Shown in pieces: positions 17,512-28,077 of a stretch of DNA of 64,000 bases. The position numbers and the translations under genes are program-made. Under the pieces are notes generated by a model. It searched no databases. It was not told the DNA's origin and was given only the letters and a program-made list of their open reading frames with translations. The stretch is from positions 28,380 through 92,379 of the forward strand of contig JBKHYD010000046.1 of assembly GCA_046565645.1 (NCBI GenBank), in the 5' to 3' direction. This stretch comes from Acidimicrobiia bacterium (GTDB lineage: Bacteria; Actinomycetota; Acidimicrobiia; Acidimicrobiales; VFJN01). The first letter of the stretch is position 1. Each line of letters opens with the position of its first letter.

Positions 17512-18156
17512 ATGGCCGTGCTTCGCTTCTCGTTTGGGACGATGGGATCGGGCAAGAGCACGCTCGCCCTCCAGATCCACCACAACCTCTCGAGCCGCGG
17601 GCTGCGGGGCCTGCTCTGCACCCAGCTGGACCGGGACGGGGCTCGGGTCTCGTCCCGTCTGGGGGTGTCCGCCTCCGCCGTGGACGTCGGTCCCAAGCTG
17701 GACCTGTTCACCCTCGCCGAGCAGTACGCCGCCCAGCACGGCGCCATCGACCACCTCGTCTGCGACGAGGCCCAGTTCTACACGGTGGCCCAGGTCGAGC
17801 AGCTGGCTCGCGTCGTCGACGAGCTCGGCGCCGACGTGCACGCCCTCGGCCTGCTCACCGACTTCCGGGGCCGGCTCTTCGAGGCGTCGGCTCGCTTCCT
17901 CGAGCTGGCCGATGAGCGCCACGAGCTCCAGGTCGAGGCCCGGTGCTGGTGCGGTGCCCGCGCCACCCAGAACGCCCGGTTGGTGAACGGCACGCAGGTC
18001 TACGACGGCGAGGTGGTCGTCATCGGCGACACCGGAGGCGACGCCGAGGTCGTCTACGAGCTGCTGTGCCGCAGGCACTGGCTGCGCGGCGAGACGGGCC
18101 GCGTGGGCGACCGGGAGGTCGCCGCCCTCAGCGGCGACCCAGCCCCCCGGTCGTAG
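17512..18156 (+). CDS. tdk: Thymidine kinase
   Basis: The P-loop is FGTMGSGKST. Also present are VCDEAQF, the Zn-ribbon-like CWCGARATQNARL...YELLCRRH, and a short C-terminal extension. Confidence 0.85.
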   Translation: MAVLRFSFGTMGSGKSTLALQIHHNLSSRGLRGLLCTQLDRDGARVSSRLGVSASAVDVGPKLDLFTLAEQYAAQHGAIDHLVCDEAQFYTVAQVEQLARVVDELGADVHALGLLTDFRGRLFEASARFLELADERHELQVEARCWCGARATQNARLVNGTQVYDGEVVVIGDTGGDAEVVYELLCRRHWLRGETGRVGDREVAALSGDPAPRS

Positions 18157-18352
18157 CGCCTGGCACGGCCGGGCGCGCGTCGGGACGAAGCGGACGAACC
18201 GGCCCGCCCGACCCAGCTGTGACGCGGGGCACCTTTGGATCGGCCAAGATGTCCTCGCCGCCGAGCGCGGTCGAGCAGAACCACGGCTAGCCCCAGGGGG
18301 AGACGGGACGCTGACCACGCAGACCGAAGCACGCACCGCCACGGCCCTGTCC

Positions 18353-19132
18353 GTGGCCAACCTCGAGGTCGTCTACAACGAGGTCGTCCTCGTCCTGCGG
18401 GGCGTGAGCGTCACCGTCCCGCAGGGTCAGATCGTCACGCTGCTCGGGGCCAACGGCGCCGGGAAGACCACCCTCCTGCGAGCGATCACCGGGCTGCTCG
18501 ACCTCCACCGCGGCCGCATCACCAAGGGCTCCGTCACCATCGACGGGCGGGAGACCACCCGGGACGACGCGGCGGCGATCGTCCGCTCGGGGCTGGCCCA
18601 GGTCATGGAGGGCCGGCGCATCTTCCCCGAGCTCACCGTGGACGAGAACCTCCGCACGGGGGCCTACACCCGGCGGGACAAGGGCGGCATCCAGGAGTCC
18701 TACGAGCGGGTGATGGAGCTGTTCCCGGTGCTGCAGGGGCGCCGCAAGGACACCGCCGGCTACCTGTCGGGCGGCGAGCAGCAGATGGTGGCCATCGGCC
18801 GCGCCCTCATGGCGGAGCCGAAGATCCTGCTGCTCGACGAGCCGTCCCTCGGTCTGGCCCCGCTGATCGTGGAGCAGATCCGCGACATCATCGTCCAGGT
18901 CAACGGCCAGGGGACGAGCGTCCTGCTCGTCGAGCAGAACGCCACCATGGCGCTCTCGATCGCCCACCACGGCTACGTGCTCGAGCACGGCCGCATCGTG
19001 AAGGACGGCCCCGGCCGCCAGCTCCTCGAGGACAAGGACATCCGCGAGTTCTACCTGGGCATCGGCGACGTCGGCCGCCGGTCCTTCCGCGACGTGAAGA
19101 CCTACCGGCGCAAGAAGACGTGGGGGTCGTGA
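18353..19132 (+). CDS. ABC transporter ATP-binding protein, LivF-like
   Basis: GTG start. Walker A is GANGAGKTT, the signature is LSGGEQQM and Walker B is LLLDEPS. The stop overlaps the next start (ATGA). Confidence 0.85.
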   Translation: MANLEVVYNEVVLVLRGVSVTVPQGQIVTLLGANGAGKTTLLRAITGLLDLHRGRITKGSVTIDGRETTRDDAAAIVRSGLAQVMEGRRIFPELTVDENLRTGAYTRRDKGGIQESYERVMELFPVLQGRRKDTAGYLSGGEQQMVAIGRALMAEPKILLLDEPSLGLAPLIVEQIRDIIVQVNGQGTSVLLVEQNATMALSIAHHGYVLEHGRIVKDGPGRQLLEDKDIREFYLGIGDVGRRSFRDVKTYRRKKTWGS

Positions 19133-19920
19133 TGGACGCTGCGCAGCCCTCGGCAGCTCCGCTCCTCGAGGTCCGGGACCTCACCCTGCGCTTCGGCGGC
19201 GTCACCGCCCTGAACGGCGTGAGCTTCGACGTGAGCCAGGACGAGCTCTTCGCGGTGATCGGGCCCAACGGTGCCGGCAAGACCTCGATCTTCAACTGCC
19301 TCTCGGGCGTCTACCGGCCCCAGCAGGGCACGATCGTCCTGGACGGCCGGAGCATCCTCGGCGAGAAGCCGGCCAACATCGCCAGCCTCGGCCTCGGCCG
19401 CACGTTCCAGAACCTCGGCCTGTTCGTCCACCTCGACGTGGTCGACAACCTCCTGCTCGGCCGCCACCACCTCATGAAGACCGGCTTCCTCACCGGCGCC
19501 GTGTGGTGGGGGCGGGCCAAGGCGGAGGAGAAGGTCCACCGGGACGCCGTCGAGGACGTCATCGACCTGCTGGAGCTCTCGCCCTACCGCCACAGCCCCG
19601 TGGGCATGCTGCCCTACGGCGTGCAGAAGCGGATCGAGCTGGGACGGGCGCTCTGCATGGAGCCGAGGCTCCTCCTCCTCGACGAGCCGGTGGCCGGCAT
19701 GAACCTCGAGGAGACCGAGGACATGGCCCGCTACATCATCGACATCCGATCCCGGCTGCACATCTCGATGATCCTGGTCGAGCACGACATGCACATGGTG
19801 ATGGACCTCGCCGACCGGGTGATGGCCCTGGACTTCGGCAGCCCGCTCACCACCGGCACCCCGGCGGAGGTCCAGAGCGACCCGAAGGTGATCGAGGCCT
19901 ACCTGGGAGGTGCCGCATGA
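19132..19920 (+). CDS. ABC transporter ATP-binding protein, LivG-like
   Basis: LEVRDLTLRFGGVTALNGVSF is followed by GPNGAGKTS and LLLDEPVAGMN. The C-terminal DPKVIEAYLG is the branched-chain ABC C-terminal motif. Confidence 0.85.
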   Translation: MDAAQPSAAPLLEVRDLTLRFGGVTALNGVSFDVSQDELFAVIGPNGAGKTSIFNCLSGVYRPQQGTIVLDGRSILGEKPANIASLGLGRTFQNLGLFVHLDVVDNLLLGRHHLMKTGFLTGAVWWGRAKAEEKVHRDAVEDVIDLLELSPYRHSPVGMLPYGVQKRIELGRALCMEPRLLLLDEPVAGMNLEETEDMARYIIDIRSRLHISMILVEHDMHMVMDLADRVMALDFGSPLTTGTPAEVQSDPKVIEAYLGGAA

Positions 19921-21749
19921 CCGCCGTCGTCGACCAGCCCGCGCCCTCACCGGTGCCGGACAGCGGCTTCGAGACGCTCCCGTCCATCGTGTTCCGGCGG
20001 GCGGCCGAGACCCCGAAGGTCACGGCCATGCGGGAGAAGCACCTGGGCCGGTGGCGGCCCTACACGTGGGCCGACTACGCGAAGCGCACCACCACGATCG
20101 CCCGCGGCCTGCACGCCCTCGGCGTGGAACCGGGCGACCGGGTGGCGGTCCACGCCGGGAACCGGCCGGAGTGGCTCTTCGCCGACATGGCCGTCCAGGC
20201 GCTGCGGGGCATCTGCGTGGGCATCTACCCCACCTCCCCGTCGCCGGAGGTCGAGTACCTCCTCAACCACTCCGAGTCCAAGGTGCTCTTCGCCGAGGAC
20301 GAGGAGCAGGTCGACAAGGCGCTCCTCGTGCGGGACAACCTCGCCCACCTCCGCCGCATCGTGGTCATCGACACCCATGGCGTGGACATGGCCGACGAGC
20401 TGCTCATGAGCCTCGAGGAGCTGGAGGCGCTGGGCGAGCAGAGCAACCTCGACGTGGAGGCCATCGCTCGGTCGGCGCAGCCAGAGGAGGCCGCGATCAT
20501 CGTCTACACGAGCGGCACCACCGGTCCGCCGAAGGGGGCGATGCTCAGCCACCGCAACCTGCAGGCGGCGGCCGAGGCCTCCGGCCACGTCTTCGAGGTG
20601 GACCCGACGGCCGAGGTCCTCTCCTACCTGCCGCTGTGCCACATCGCCGAGCGCCTCATCTCCGGGATCGACGCCATCGCCACCGGCTACGTCGTGAACT
20701 TCGGCGAGGGCGGCGACACCTTCACCCAGGACCTGCGCGAGGTGCAACCCACGTTCTTCCTCGGCGTGCCGAGGGTGTGGGAGAAGATGATGGCCGGCAT
20801 CACCATCCGCATGGAGGACGCCGGCTGGCTGAAGCGGGTCAACTACCAGCTCTGGATGCGCGTCGGCGCCGGGATCGCCCGCAAGCGGTGGAGGACCGGC
20901 AAGATCCAGGGCTTCGACAAGGTCAAGTACGCCCTCGGGTGGCTCCTCCTGTACCGGCCGCTGCGCGAGAAGCTCGGCATGAGCCGGATCAAGGGCGTGC
21001 TGTCCGGAGCGGCGCCGATCGCACCCCAGGTCCTCGAGTTCTTCTGGGCGATCGGCGTGCCGGTGCGAGAGGGCTACGGCCAGACCGAGAACACCGCCCA
21101 GGGGACGATCACCCCGCCCGACGACGTCCGCCTCGGCAAGGTGGGGAAGCCGCTCGCCGGCGTGGAGATCAAGATCGCCCCCGACGGCGAGATCCTCACC
21201 CGGGGGCCCGGCACCTTCCTCGGCTACTTCAAGGACCCCACCGCCACCGCCGAGACGATCGACGAGGACGGGTGGCTCCACACCGGTGACGTCGGCGAGC
21301 TCGACGAGGACGGGTTCCTGAAGATCACCGACCGCAAGAAGGACATCATCATCACCGCCGGGGGAAAGAACATCAGCCCGTCGGAGATCGAGAACATGCT
21401 GAAGGTCTCGCCGTTCGTGAAGGAAGCGGTGGTGATCGGCGACCAGCGCAAGTACCTCACCGCCCTCATCGGCATCGAGCAGGACACCGTCTCCAACTGG
21501 GCGCTGCAACGGCGCATCGGCTTCACCACCTACGCCGACCTCGCCTCCAAGGAGGAGGTCGTGGCCCTGATCGGAGAGGTCGTGAACGAGGTCAACGAGA
21601 AGCTGGCCCAGGTCGAGACGATCAAGCGCTTCCAGCTCCTCCCCAAGGAGCTCGACGAGGAGGACGGCGAGGTCACCGCCACCCAGAAGGTGAAGCGGCG
21701 GGCCATCGAGACCGAGTACCACGACCTGATCGAGGAGATGTACCGGTGA
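19917..21749 (+). CDS. Long-chain-fatty-acid--CoA ligase (AMP-binding enzyme) embedded in the ABC operon
   Basis: The ATG overlaps the previous stop. The AMP-binding motif is IVYTSGTTGPPKGA, followed by GYGQTE, TGDVGELDEDGFLKITDRKKD and GKNISP. Confidence 0.85.
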   Translation: MTAVVDQPAPSPVPDSGFETLPSIVFRRAAETPKVTAMREKHLGRWRPYTWADYAKRTTTIARGLHALGVEPGDRVAVHAGNRPEWLFADMAVQALRGICVGIYPTSPSPEVEYLLNHSESKVLFAEDEEQVDKALLVRDNLAHLRRIVVIDTHGVDMADELLMSLEELEALGEQSNLDVEAIARSAQPEEAAIIVYTSGTTGPPKGAMLSHRNLQAAAEASGHVFEVDPTAEVLSYLPLCHIAERLISGIDAIATGYVVNFGEGGDTFTQDLREVQPTFFLGVPRVWEKMMAGITIRMEDAGWLKRVNYQLWMRVGAGIARKRWRTGKIQGFDKVKYALGWLLLYRPLREKLGMSRIKGVLSGAAPIAPQVLEFFWAIGVPVREGYGQTENTAQGTITPPDDVRLGKVGKPLAGVEIKIAPDGEILTRGPGTFLGYFKDPTATAETIDEDGWLHTGDVGELDEDGFLKITDRKKDIIITAGGKNISPSEIENMLKVSPFVKEAVVIGDQRKYLTALIGIEQDTVSNWALQRRIGFTTYADLASKEEVVALIGEVVNEVNEKLAQVETIKRFQLLPKELDEEDGEVTATQKVKRRAIETEYHDLIEEMYR

Positions 21750-22672
21750 TCGGGCTCGTGGCTGGTGCGATCAGCTCCGACGCGTGGATCGAAGCCATCT
21801 TCTCCGGCGTCGCGCTGGGCGCCAAGTACGCGCTCGTGGCCCTCGGCTTCGTGGTCGTCTTCAAGGCCACCGGGGTGATCAACTTCGCCCAGGCCAGCCT
21901 CGTCTTGGTGGGCGGATACCTTTGCTGGAACTTCGCGGCCACCTGGGGCTGGGACTTCTACCTGTCGCTGCTGCTGTCCATGGTGGGGGGCGCCGTCCTG
22001 GGCCTGCTGCTCGAGCTCCTCCTGCTGCGCAGGATGAGCGGGGAGGCCCCCTTCACCCTGATCATGGTCACGATCGGCATCCTCTTCGTGATCGACAACG
22101 CCGTCACGGCGATCTGGGGCGCCGAGGGTCGAGATCTCCCGGACCCGTGGGGACTGCGCACGTGGAAGTGGGGCGACGTCGACATCGCCGTGGCCGACGT
22201 CTGGACCATCGGCATCACCATCGTGGTGCTGGCCGCCTTCTTCGCCATGTTCCGCTTCTCGACCCTGGGGCTCGCCATGCGGGCCAGCGCGCTGGACCAG
22301 GAGGCGGCCCTGGCTCAGGGCATCGCCCCCAAGCGCGTCTACCAGGTGGCCTGGGCCTGCGCCGGGGCGGTGGGGGCCGTGGCCGGCGTGATGCTGGCGT
22401 CGGGTTCGGGCTCGCTCAACCCCGCGCTCGGCCTCATCGCCCTCGTGGCCTTCCCGGCCATGATCCTGGGGGGCCTCGAATCGCCCGGCGGGGCGGTGGT
22501 GGGCGGGGTCATCATCGGGCTCGTCCAGCAGCTCACCGCGCTGCTCGCCCCCGAGTACTTCAGCTGGATCGGTGGCGGCTTCGAGGTCGTCTCCCCCTAC
22601 TTCGTGATGGTGATCATCCTGCTCGTGCGACCGACCGGCCTCTTCGGCCAGAAGGAGGTGCGGCGGGTCTGA
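21746..22672 (+). CDS. ABC transporter permease, LivH-like
   Basis: 308 aa polytopic membrane protein with a GTGA overlap to the upstream gene. The family pattern ...INFAQASLVLVGGY... is present. Confidence 0.85.
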   Translation: MIGLVAGAISSDAWIEAIFSGVALGAKYALVALGFVVVFKATGVINFAQASLVLVGGYLCWNFAATWGWDFYLSLLLSMVGGAVLGLLLELLLLRRMSGEAPFTLIMVTIGILFVIDNAVTAIWGAEGRDLPDPWGLRTWKWGDVDIAVADVWTIGITIVVLAAFFAMFRFSTLGLAMRASALDQEAALAQGIAPKRVYQVAWACAGAVGAVAGVMLASGSGSLNPALGLIALVAFPAMILGGLESPGGAVVGGVIIGLVQQLTALLAPEYFSWIGGGFEVVSPYFVMVIILLVRPTGLFGQKEVRRV

Positions 22673-23823
22673 TGGGCATCGCCACCGTGCTCGACCCGGT
22701 TCGCCGGCGCCACCCTGGTGGCCGGCCCCACCACAAGCTCGACCTCGAGGGGACCAAGGACCTGAAGCTCCTGAAGGGACCGTGGTCGAAGGGCTTCGCG
22801 GTGGCGCTGGCGCTCGCCTACTTCATGATCCCCGGGTCGCTCGAGGAGCAGACGCTGCGCACGCTCTGCTACTGCGGCGTCTACGCGATCGGCGCCATCG
22901 GGCTGAACATCCTGACCGGCTTCACGGGCCAGGTGTCGCTCGGCCACGCCGCGTTCTTCGGGGCCGGCGCCTACTGCGCGGCGTACCTCGGCTCCGCCCA
23001 GGGCTGGCCGTTCCTGGCCTACGTGGTGGCGGCCATCGTGGTCGGCCTCGCCGTCGGCGGCCTCGTCGGGCCCTTCGCAGCCCGGCTCCGCGGCAACTAC
23101 CTCGCCGTCGTCACCATCGGCCTGCTGTTCCTCGCCCAGCACCTGTTCATGAACTGGGACACCGTGACCGGCGGCGGCAACGGCGTGACGGTGGGCGACG
23201 CCGCCATCGCCATCGGTCCCCTCGACTTCCGGGACCTCGAGCTCGCTGGCCTCAAGTACACCTTCCCCCAGGCCATGTTCTGGCTCATCTGGGCGTTCGT
23301 GGCCCTCACCGCCCTCCTCGCCAAGAACATGGTGCGGAGCCGGCCCGGGCGGGCCCTGCAGGCCATCCGGGACCGCGACCTCTCGGCCGAGATCATCGGC
23401 GTGCAGCCCACCCGCTACAAGGTGGCCGCGTTCGCGATCGCCGGCGCCTGCGCCGCGCTGGCCGGGGTGTTCTACGCCCTGCTGCAGAACTACGTGAACC
23501 CCTCGGAGTTCGGCGGCCGCATCGGTCTGTTCCTGTCGATCACCTTCGTGGCGATGATCATCATGGGCGGCGTCGGCACGATCTACGGCTCGATCCTGGG
23601 CGCCCTGCTCGTCGAGTACGGCCGCCGGTTCATCGCCGAGCGCGGAGGCGACGCGCCGATCTTCGGCATCCCCGTCGAGAAGGGGTGGGTGACCACCGGG
23701 GAGCTGAACGGCATCCTCTTCGGCGGCCTCATCGTCTTCTTCCTGCTGATCGAGCCACGGGGCCTGGCCGCCCTGTGGATGCGCATCAAGATCTGGTTCA
23801 TGAGCTGGCCCTTCTCGTACTGA
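22672..23823 (+). CDS. ABC transporter permease, LivM-like
   Basis: The ATG overlaps the previous stop. [25 protein letters not shown] is typical of LivM-type permeases. Confidence 0.85.
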   Translation: MGIATVLDPVRRRHPGGRPHHKLDLEGTKDLKLLKGPWSKGFAVALALAYFMIPGSLEEQTLRTLCYCGVYAIGAIGLNILTGFTGQVSLGHAAFFGAGAYCAAYLGSAQGWPFLAYVVAAIVVGLAVGGLVGPFAARLRGNYLAVVTIGLLFLAQHLFMNWDTVTGGGNGVTVGDAAIAIGPLDFRDLELAGLKYTFPQAMFWLIWAFVALTALLAKNMVRSRPGRALQAIRDRDLSAEIIGVQPTRYKVAAFAIAGACAALAGVFYALLQNYVNPSEFGGRIGLFLSITFVAMIIMGGVGTIYGSILGALLVEYGRRFIAERGGDAPIFGIPVEKGWVTTGELNGILFGGLIVFFLLIEPRGLAALWMRIKIWFMSWPFSY

Positions 23824-23897
23824 GGCCGATCGTGCGCCCCGCCACCTCGACCCACCGACCAAGCAAGACCCTGACCACCGACAAGGGAGAACCCACC

Positions 23898-25208
23898 TTG
23901 AAGAAGCAACCCTGGCTGCGCCTGCTGGCCCTGCTGATGGCGCTGGCTCTGGCCGCCGCCGCGTGCGGGGGCAGCAGCGACGACGACGATGACGCCTCCC
24001 CCACCACCGAGGCCGACGGCGGGGACGACGGCGGCGAGGAGCCGGCCGGCGATCCCGAGCCCGGTCCGGGCTTCGACGGCACCACGATCCGCCTCGGCGT
24101 CCTGACCCCGACCAGCGGCATCGCCTCGGTCATCGGCAACCCTCTGACGAAGGGCAACGAGGTCTACTGGGCGCGGGTCAACGCCGAGGGCGGCGTGGCC
24201 GGCAAGTACCCGGTGGAGCTCGACATCCGAGACACCGCCTACGCCGAGGCCACCGCCATCCAGGAGTACAACGCCGCCAAGGGCGACGTGGTGATGTTCA
24301 ACCAGATCCTGGGCACGGCCATCATCAAGGCCGTCCTGTCGCAGATGGAGCAGGACGAGATCGCCGGCGCCCCGGCGACCCTCGACGCCGACTGGATCCG
24401 CGAACCCAACCTGGTGCCGATCGGCGGCCCGTACCAGATGCAGGTCATCAACGGCCTCGACTGGCACATCAACGAGAACGGCGGTGAGGGCCAGGAGATC
24501 TGCTCCCTCGCCCAGGACGACGCCTACGGCGACGCCGGCCAGGAGGGCATCGACCACGCCGGTGCCGAGCTCGGCTTCGAGCCCGGTCCGCGGGTGGACT
24601 TCGCCCCCCAGACCGCTGACTTCACCACCCAGATCAACCAGCTCGAGAGCGCCGGCTGCGAGGCGGTCGTCCTCGTGGCCACCCCGGCCGACGCGGCGGG
24701 CGCGCTCAGCAAGGCCGCCCAGGTGGGCTACGCCCCGCAGTGGCTGGTCGTGTCGCCTGGGTTCCTGAAGCTGCTCTACGCCGGCGACCTCGCCCCCTAC
24801 GCCACCGAGAACGTGGTGGTGCTCTCCGAGGGCGGCAACTGGGGGGACGAGTCCATCCCGGGCATGGCCCAGATGATCGCCGACCTCGAGGAGTACGGCG
24901 GGGACCAGGGCCCGGACCCGTACTTCGCCTTCGGGTACAACCAGTCGCGAGCCGTCCACCAGGTCCTCGAGAAGGCCGTCGAGATGGGCGACCTGTCCCG
25001 TGAGGGCATCCTGGCCGCCATCCAGGAAGTCGAGACCCTGACCTTCGACGGCCTGCTCGGCGACTACACCTACGGCCCGATCGAGGAGCGCGATCCGCCG
25101 CGCACGACCACGATGTTCGCGTTCGACGCCGCGGCGCCGACCGGTCTGACGGCCATCGTGGAGGGCTACGAGTCCGACGCCGCGAAGTCTTTCGAGTTCG
25201 AGGGCTGA
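23898..25208 (+). CDS. ABC substrate-binding lipoprotein (LivJ/type 1 PBP-like)
   Basis: The TTG start is preceded by GGGAGA. The signal peptide carries the lipobox LAAAAC, followed by an Asp/Gly-rich tether. The body ([19 protein letters not shown]...) resembles Leu/Ile/Val-binding protein family members. Confidence 0.8.
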   Translation: MKKQPWLRLLALLMALALAAAACGGSSDDDDDASPTTEADGGDDGGEEPAGDPEPGPGFDGTTIRLGVLTPTSGIASVIGNPLTKGNEVYWARVNAEGGVAGKYPVELDIRDTAYAEATAIQEYNAAKGDVVMFNQILGTAIIKAVLSQMEQDEIAGAPATLDADWIREPNLVPIGGPYQMQVINGLDWHINENGGEGQEICSLAQDDAYGDAGQEGIDHAGAELGFEPGPRVDFAPQTADFTTQINQLESAGCEAVVLVATPADAAGALSKAAQVGYAPQWLVVSPGFLKLLYAGDLAPYATENVVVLSEGGNWGDESIPGMAQMIADLEEYGGDQGPDPYFAFGYNQSRAVHQVLEKAVEMGDLSREGILAAIQEVETLTFDGLLGDYTYGPIEERDPPRTTTMFAFDAAAPTGLTAIVEGYESDAAKSFEFEG

Positions 25209-25233
25209 GCCCGACCGACCCGGGCTGACGCAG

Positions 25234-25259
25234 GGAGCCGGGCCCCAGGGCCCGGCTCC
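25234..25259. terminator. Bidirectional terminator hairpin
   Basis: GGAGCCGGGCC ccag GGCCCGGCTCC forms a perfect 11 bp stem. It lies between the convergent binding-protein gene and ald. Confidence 0.6.
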
Positions 25260-25272
25260 GTCGCGTCCGGCT

Positions 25273-26394
25273 TCAGGCCGCGAAGGAGGGTGACCCTGCC
25301 TCGACCCCCAGGGCCTCGGCCACCACCGGGTTGACCACCCGTCCGCCCTCGGTGTTGATGCCCGGGGCGAGGTCGGGGTCGCGCCGAGCGGCTTCGGTGG
25401 CGCCGTGCACGGCGACCTCGACCAGGTAGGGGAGTGTGGCGTTGGTGAGCGCGTGGGTGGAGGTGGCCGGGACGGCGCCGGGCATGTTCCCGACGCAGTA
25501 GTGGACGACGTCGTGCTCCACGTACACCGGGTCGTGGTGGGTGGTCTCCCGGGAGGTCTCGACGCAGCCGCCCTGGTCGATGGCCACGTCCACGATCACC
25601 GCACCCGGCTGCATGGTCTGCACCATGGCCTCGGTGATCACCACCGGAGCTCGCCCGCCGGGGACGAGCACGGCCCCGATGACGAGGTCGGCCTGCGCGA
25701 TGCACCGCTCGACCGTGCCCCGGTTGGAGGCCAACGTGGTGATCCGGCCCTTGTGGATCTGGTCGACGAACCGCAGCCGGTCGAGGTCCCTGTCGAGGAG
25801 GTTCACCTCGGCCTCCATGCCGGCCGCGATCCAGGCCGAGTTCCACCCCACGTTGCCGGCCCCGATCACGACCACCCGGGCCGGGGGCACGCCCGGGGCG
25901 CCGCCGAGGAGCACCCCTCTCCCGCCCTGGGGTGCCTCGAGGAATCGGGCGCCGGCCTGGACGGCCAGCCGGCCCGCCACCTCGCTCATCGGGGCGAGCA
26001 GCGGGAGCGAGCCGTCCGAGCGCATCACCGTCTCGTAGGCCAGCCCGGTGGTGCCCGCCGCGCAGAGCGCCTCGGCCACCTTCGGGTAGGCGGCGAGGTG
26101 GAGGTAGGTGAACAGCGTGAGGTCCTCCCGCAGGAAGCCCAGCTCCTCCTCCTGTGGCTCCTTCACCTTGCAGACCAGGTCGGCCCGCCCCCAGGTCTCC
26201 TCGGCGCCGCCCACGATCTCGGCTCCTGCCGCCTCGAAGGCGGCATCCGGGATCGACGCCCCAAGGCCAGCTCCGGCCTGCACGAGCACCTCGATCCCGT
26301 GGCTCTCCATCTCCCGGACCCCGTCGGGCGTGAGAGCGACCCGCCGCTCGTCGGTCTTGATCTCGGTGGGGATCCCCACGGTGAGGTTGCGCAT
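25273..26394 (-). CDS. ald: Alanine dehydrogenase
   Basis: [23 protein letters not shown] at the N-terminus. The NAD-binding site is [10 protein letters not shown], with full-length resemblance to Ald. An upstream in-frame ATG at 26412 is less likely. Confidence 0.9.
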   Translation of the reverse strand: MRNLTVGIPTEIKTDERRVALTPDGVREMESHGIEVLVQAGAGLGASIPDAAFEAAGAEIVGGAEETWGRADLVCKVKEPQEEELGFLREDLTLFTYLHLAAYPKVAEALCAAGTTGLAYETVMRSDGSLPLLAPMSEVAGRLAVQAGARFLEAPQGGRGVLLGGAPGVPPARVVVIGAGNVGWNSAWIAAGMEAEVNLLDRDLDRLRFVDQIHKGRITTLASNRGTVERCIAQADLVIGAVLVPGGRAPVVITEAMVQTMQPGAVIVDVAIDQGGCVETSRETTHHDPVYVEHDVVHYCVGNMPGAVPATSTHALTNATLPYLVEVAVHGATEAARRDPDLAPGINTEGGRVVNPVVAEALGVEAGSPSFAA

Positions 26395-26474
26395 CCCCAG
26401 TTCGTACCGCACCAGCGCCGGCGCCGCTCGCGTTCTGGCTGGCGGCGACGGTGCGCTCCGGGCGACGATCAGGC

Positions 26475-27275
26475 GTGGACTTCGCCACGATGATGCACCT
26501 CGAGCCCCACGGCACCGACGTGTACGTGGGCGTCGGCCCGCGCTACCCCTGGGGAGGCCTCTACGGCGGCCAGATCGTCGCCCAGGCCCTGCGAGCGGCG
26601 GCGAGCACCGTCGAGCCCGAGTACCGGATCCACTCGCTGCACGCCTACTTCATCCGGCGGGGGGACCACGAGGAGCCGATCCGGTTCGAGGTGGACCGCG
26701 TCCGCAACGGCCGGTCCTTCGTCACCCGCCAGGTCACGGCCCGCCAGGCGGTCGGCGCCATCTTCACGATGTCGTCGTCGTTCCAGCGGGACGAACCCGG
26801 CCACGACGTGCAGACCGCCCGCCTCCCCGACGTGCCGGGCCCCGAAGCCCTGAGCGGCGACAGCTGGAGCCCCATGTTCGAGCGCCGCTTGGCCCGCCAC
26901 CTCGGCGAGGAGGGCCGGGCGGCGTGCTGGCTGAAGATGCGCGAGCCCGTCGGCGACGACCCGGTGCTCCAGGCCTGCGCGCTGGCCTACCTGTCCGACG
27001 ACATCCCCACCGACGCCGTGGTCGCCCTCCACCCCGAGCGCCCGGCCGACGGGGCCGAGGAGAGCACCGAGGAGTGGGGCTGGATGAACGCCAGCCTCGA
27101 CCACGCCATCTGGTTCCACCGCGCCCCGAGGGCCGACGAGTGGCACCTCCACGACTTCACCAGCCACGGCTACCTCTCCAGCCGGGGCCTATCGATCGGG
27201 CACCTCCTCACCGAGTCAGGCGTGCACGTCGCCACCGTGACCCAGGAGGTCCTCCTCCGCCGCCTCCGACCCTGA
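26475..27275 (+). CDS. tesB: Acyl-CoA thioesterase II
   Basis: Double hotdog TesB pattern: [40 protein letters not shown] and LDHAIWFH. The start is uncertain (GTG 26475 or ATG 26490). Confidence 0.8.
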   Translation: MDFATMMHLEPHGTDVYVGVGPRYPWGGLYGGQIVAQALRAAASTVEPEYRIHSLHAYFIRRGDHEEPIRFEVDRVRNGRSFVTRQVTARQAVGAIFTMSSSFQRDEPGHDVQTARLPDVPGPEALSGDSWSPMFERRLARHLGEEGRAACWLKMREPVGDDPVLQACALAYLSDDIPTDAVVALHPERPADGAEESTEEWGWMNASLDHAIWFHRAPRADEWHLHDFTSHGYLSSRGLSIGHLLTESGVHVATVTQEVLLRRLRP

Positions 27276-27336
27276 ACGACGTCTGTGTGTGGTTTCGAGC
27301 CGTAGCGGCGTGAAACCACACACAGACGTCGTTCAG
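27272..27336. repeat. Palindromic intergenic repeat element, copy 1 (25 bp arms, 15 nt loop)
   Basis: cTGAACGACGTCTGTGTGTGGTTTC gagccgtagcggcgt GAAACCACACACAGACGTCGTTCAg. The arms contain the TGA stop codons of both convergent flanking genes. A second, diverged copy lies at 50582..50640. Confidence 0.8.
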
Positions 27337-27908
27337 TCGACGCGGTGGCCGTACATCCAGCGGAGGGGGTCGGCGATGAGCTCGAGGCGCTCACCGTCGG
27401 GGCCGCGAAAGTAGAGCGAGGTCTCGTCCACGTGGTCGTAGGCCATGCCGGCCTGGTCGAGCCGGTCCTTAGCGGCCCGCCAGTGCTCCCACTCGATCGA
27501 GATGGCGAGGTGGTGGAGGCCGCCGAGCACCTCCGCGTAGGGGCCGGGGTCCACGCCGGGCAGGTCGAAGAAGGCGATGGTGTTGCCGCAGCCGATGTCG
27601 AAGAAGAAGTGCGTGGAGCCGGGCAGGTCGCGGTTCTCGAACATCGTGACCAGCGGGAACCCGAGGAGGTCCTGGTAGAAGCGGGTGGTGCGCTCCACGT
27701 CGGCGCAGATGAGGGCGACGTGGTGCACGCCCCGCGCTGTCGACGGGGGCCGGTCGTCCCGGGGCTGCTCGTAGGTGGCGCGGATCCGGTCCCGCTCGGC
27801 GGCGAGACGGGCCCGCTCGGCCTCGTCGACCTCGTTCGCTCCGGCCGAGTACGAGGCGGGCATGGCCTCGACGGCGGCGTCGTCACCCCGGGCGGTGGGT
27901 TCGCTCAT
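27333..27908 (-). CDS. VOC (glyoxalase/bleomycin resistance/dioxygenase) family protein
   Basis: ATG at 27908. GVHHVALICADVERTTRFYQDLLGF...HLAISIE...YFRGPDGERLEL is typical of the VOC fold. Confidence 0.75.
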   Translation of the reverse strand: MSEPTARGDDAAVEAMPASYSAGANEVDEAERARLAAERDRIRATYEQPRDDRPPSTARGVHHVALICADVERTTRFYQDLLGFPLVTMFENRDLPGSTHFFFDIGCGNTIAFFDLPGVDPGPYAEVLGGLHHLAISIEWEHWRAAKDRLDQAGMAYDHVDETSLYFRGPDGERLELIADPLRWMYGHRVD

Positions 27909-28077
27909 GTGGTCATCCCTTCGTTGCCGTGTGCAGCGCGCCGGACAGCTCGTCCAGACCGCCGGGCGCATGGAGCCTGAACCGCAGGTCGCGCCGGCCG
28001 TTGCGGTGGTGCACCGCCTGTCTACCGGCTCGGCTCGGGGGCAGCGAGGCGCGGGCCGTATGCTCGGCGCTTCCCCT

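Noticed and set aside
27272-27336. Calling the palindromic repeat a MITE or other mobile element.
   Set aside because: No target-site duplication is visible and no transposase or RAYT gene is in the window. Only two copies were seen here. It is kept as a repeat, with mobility left open.
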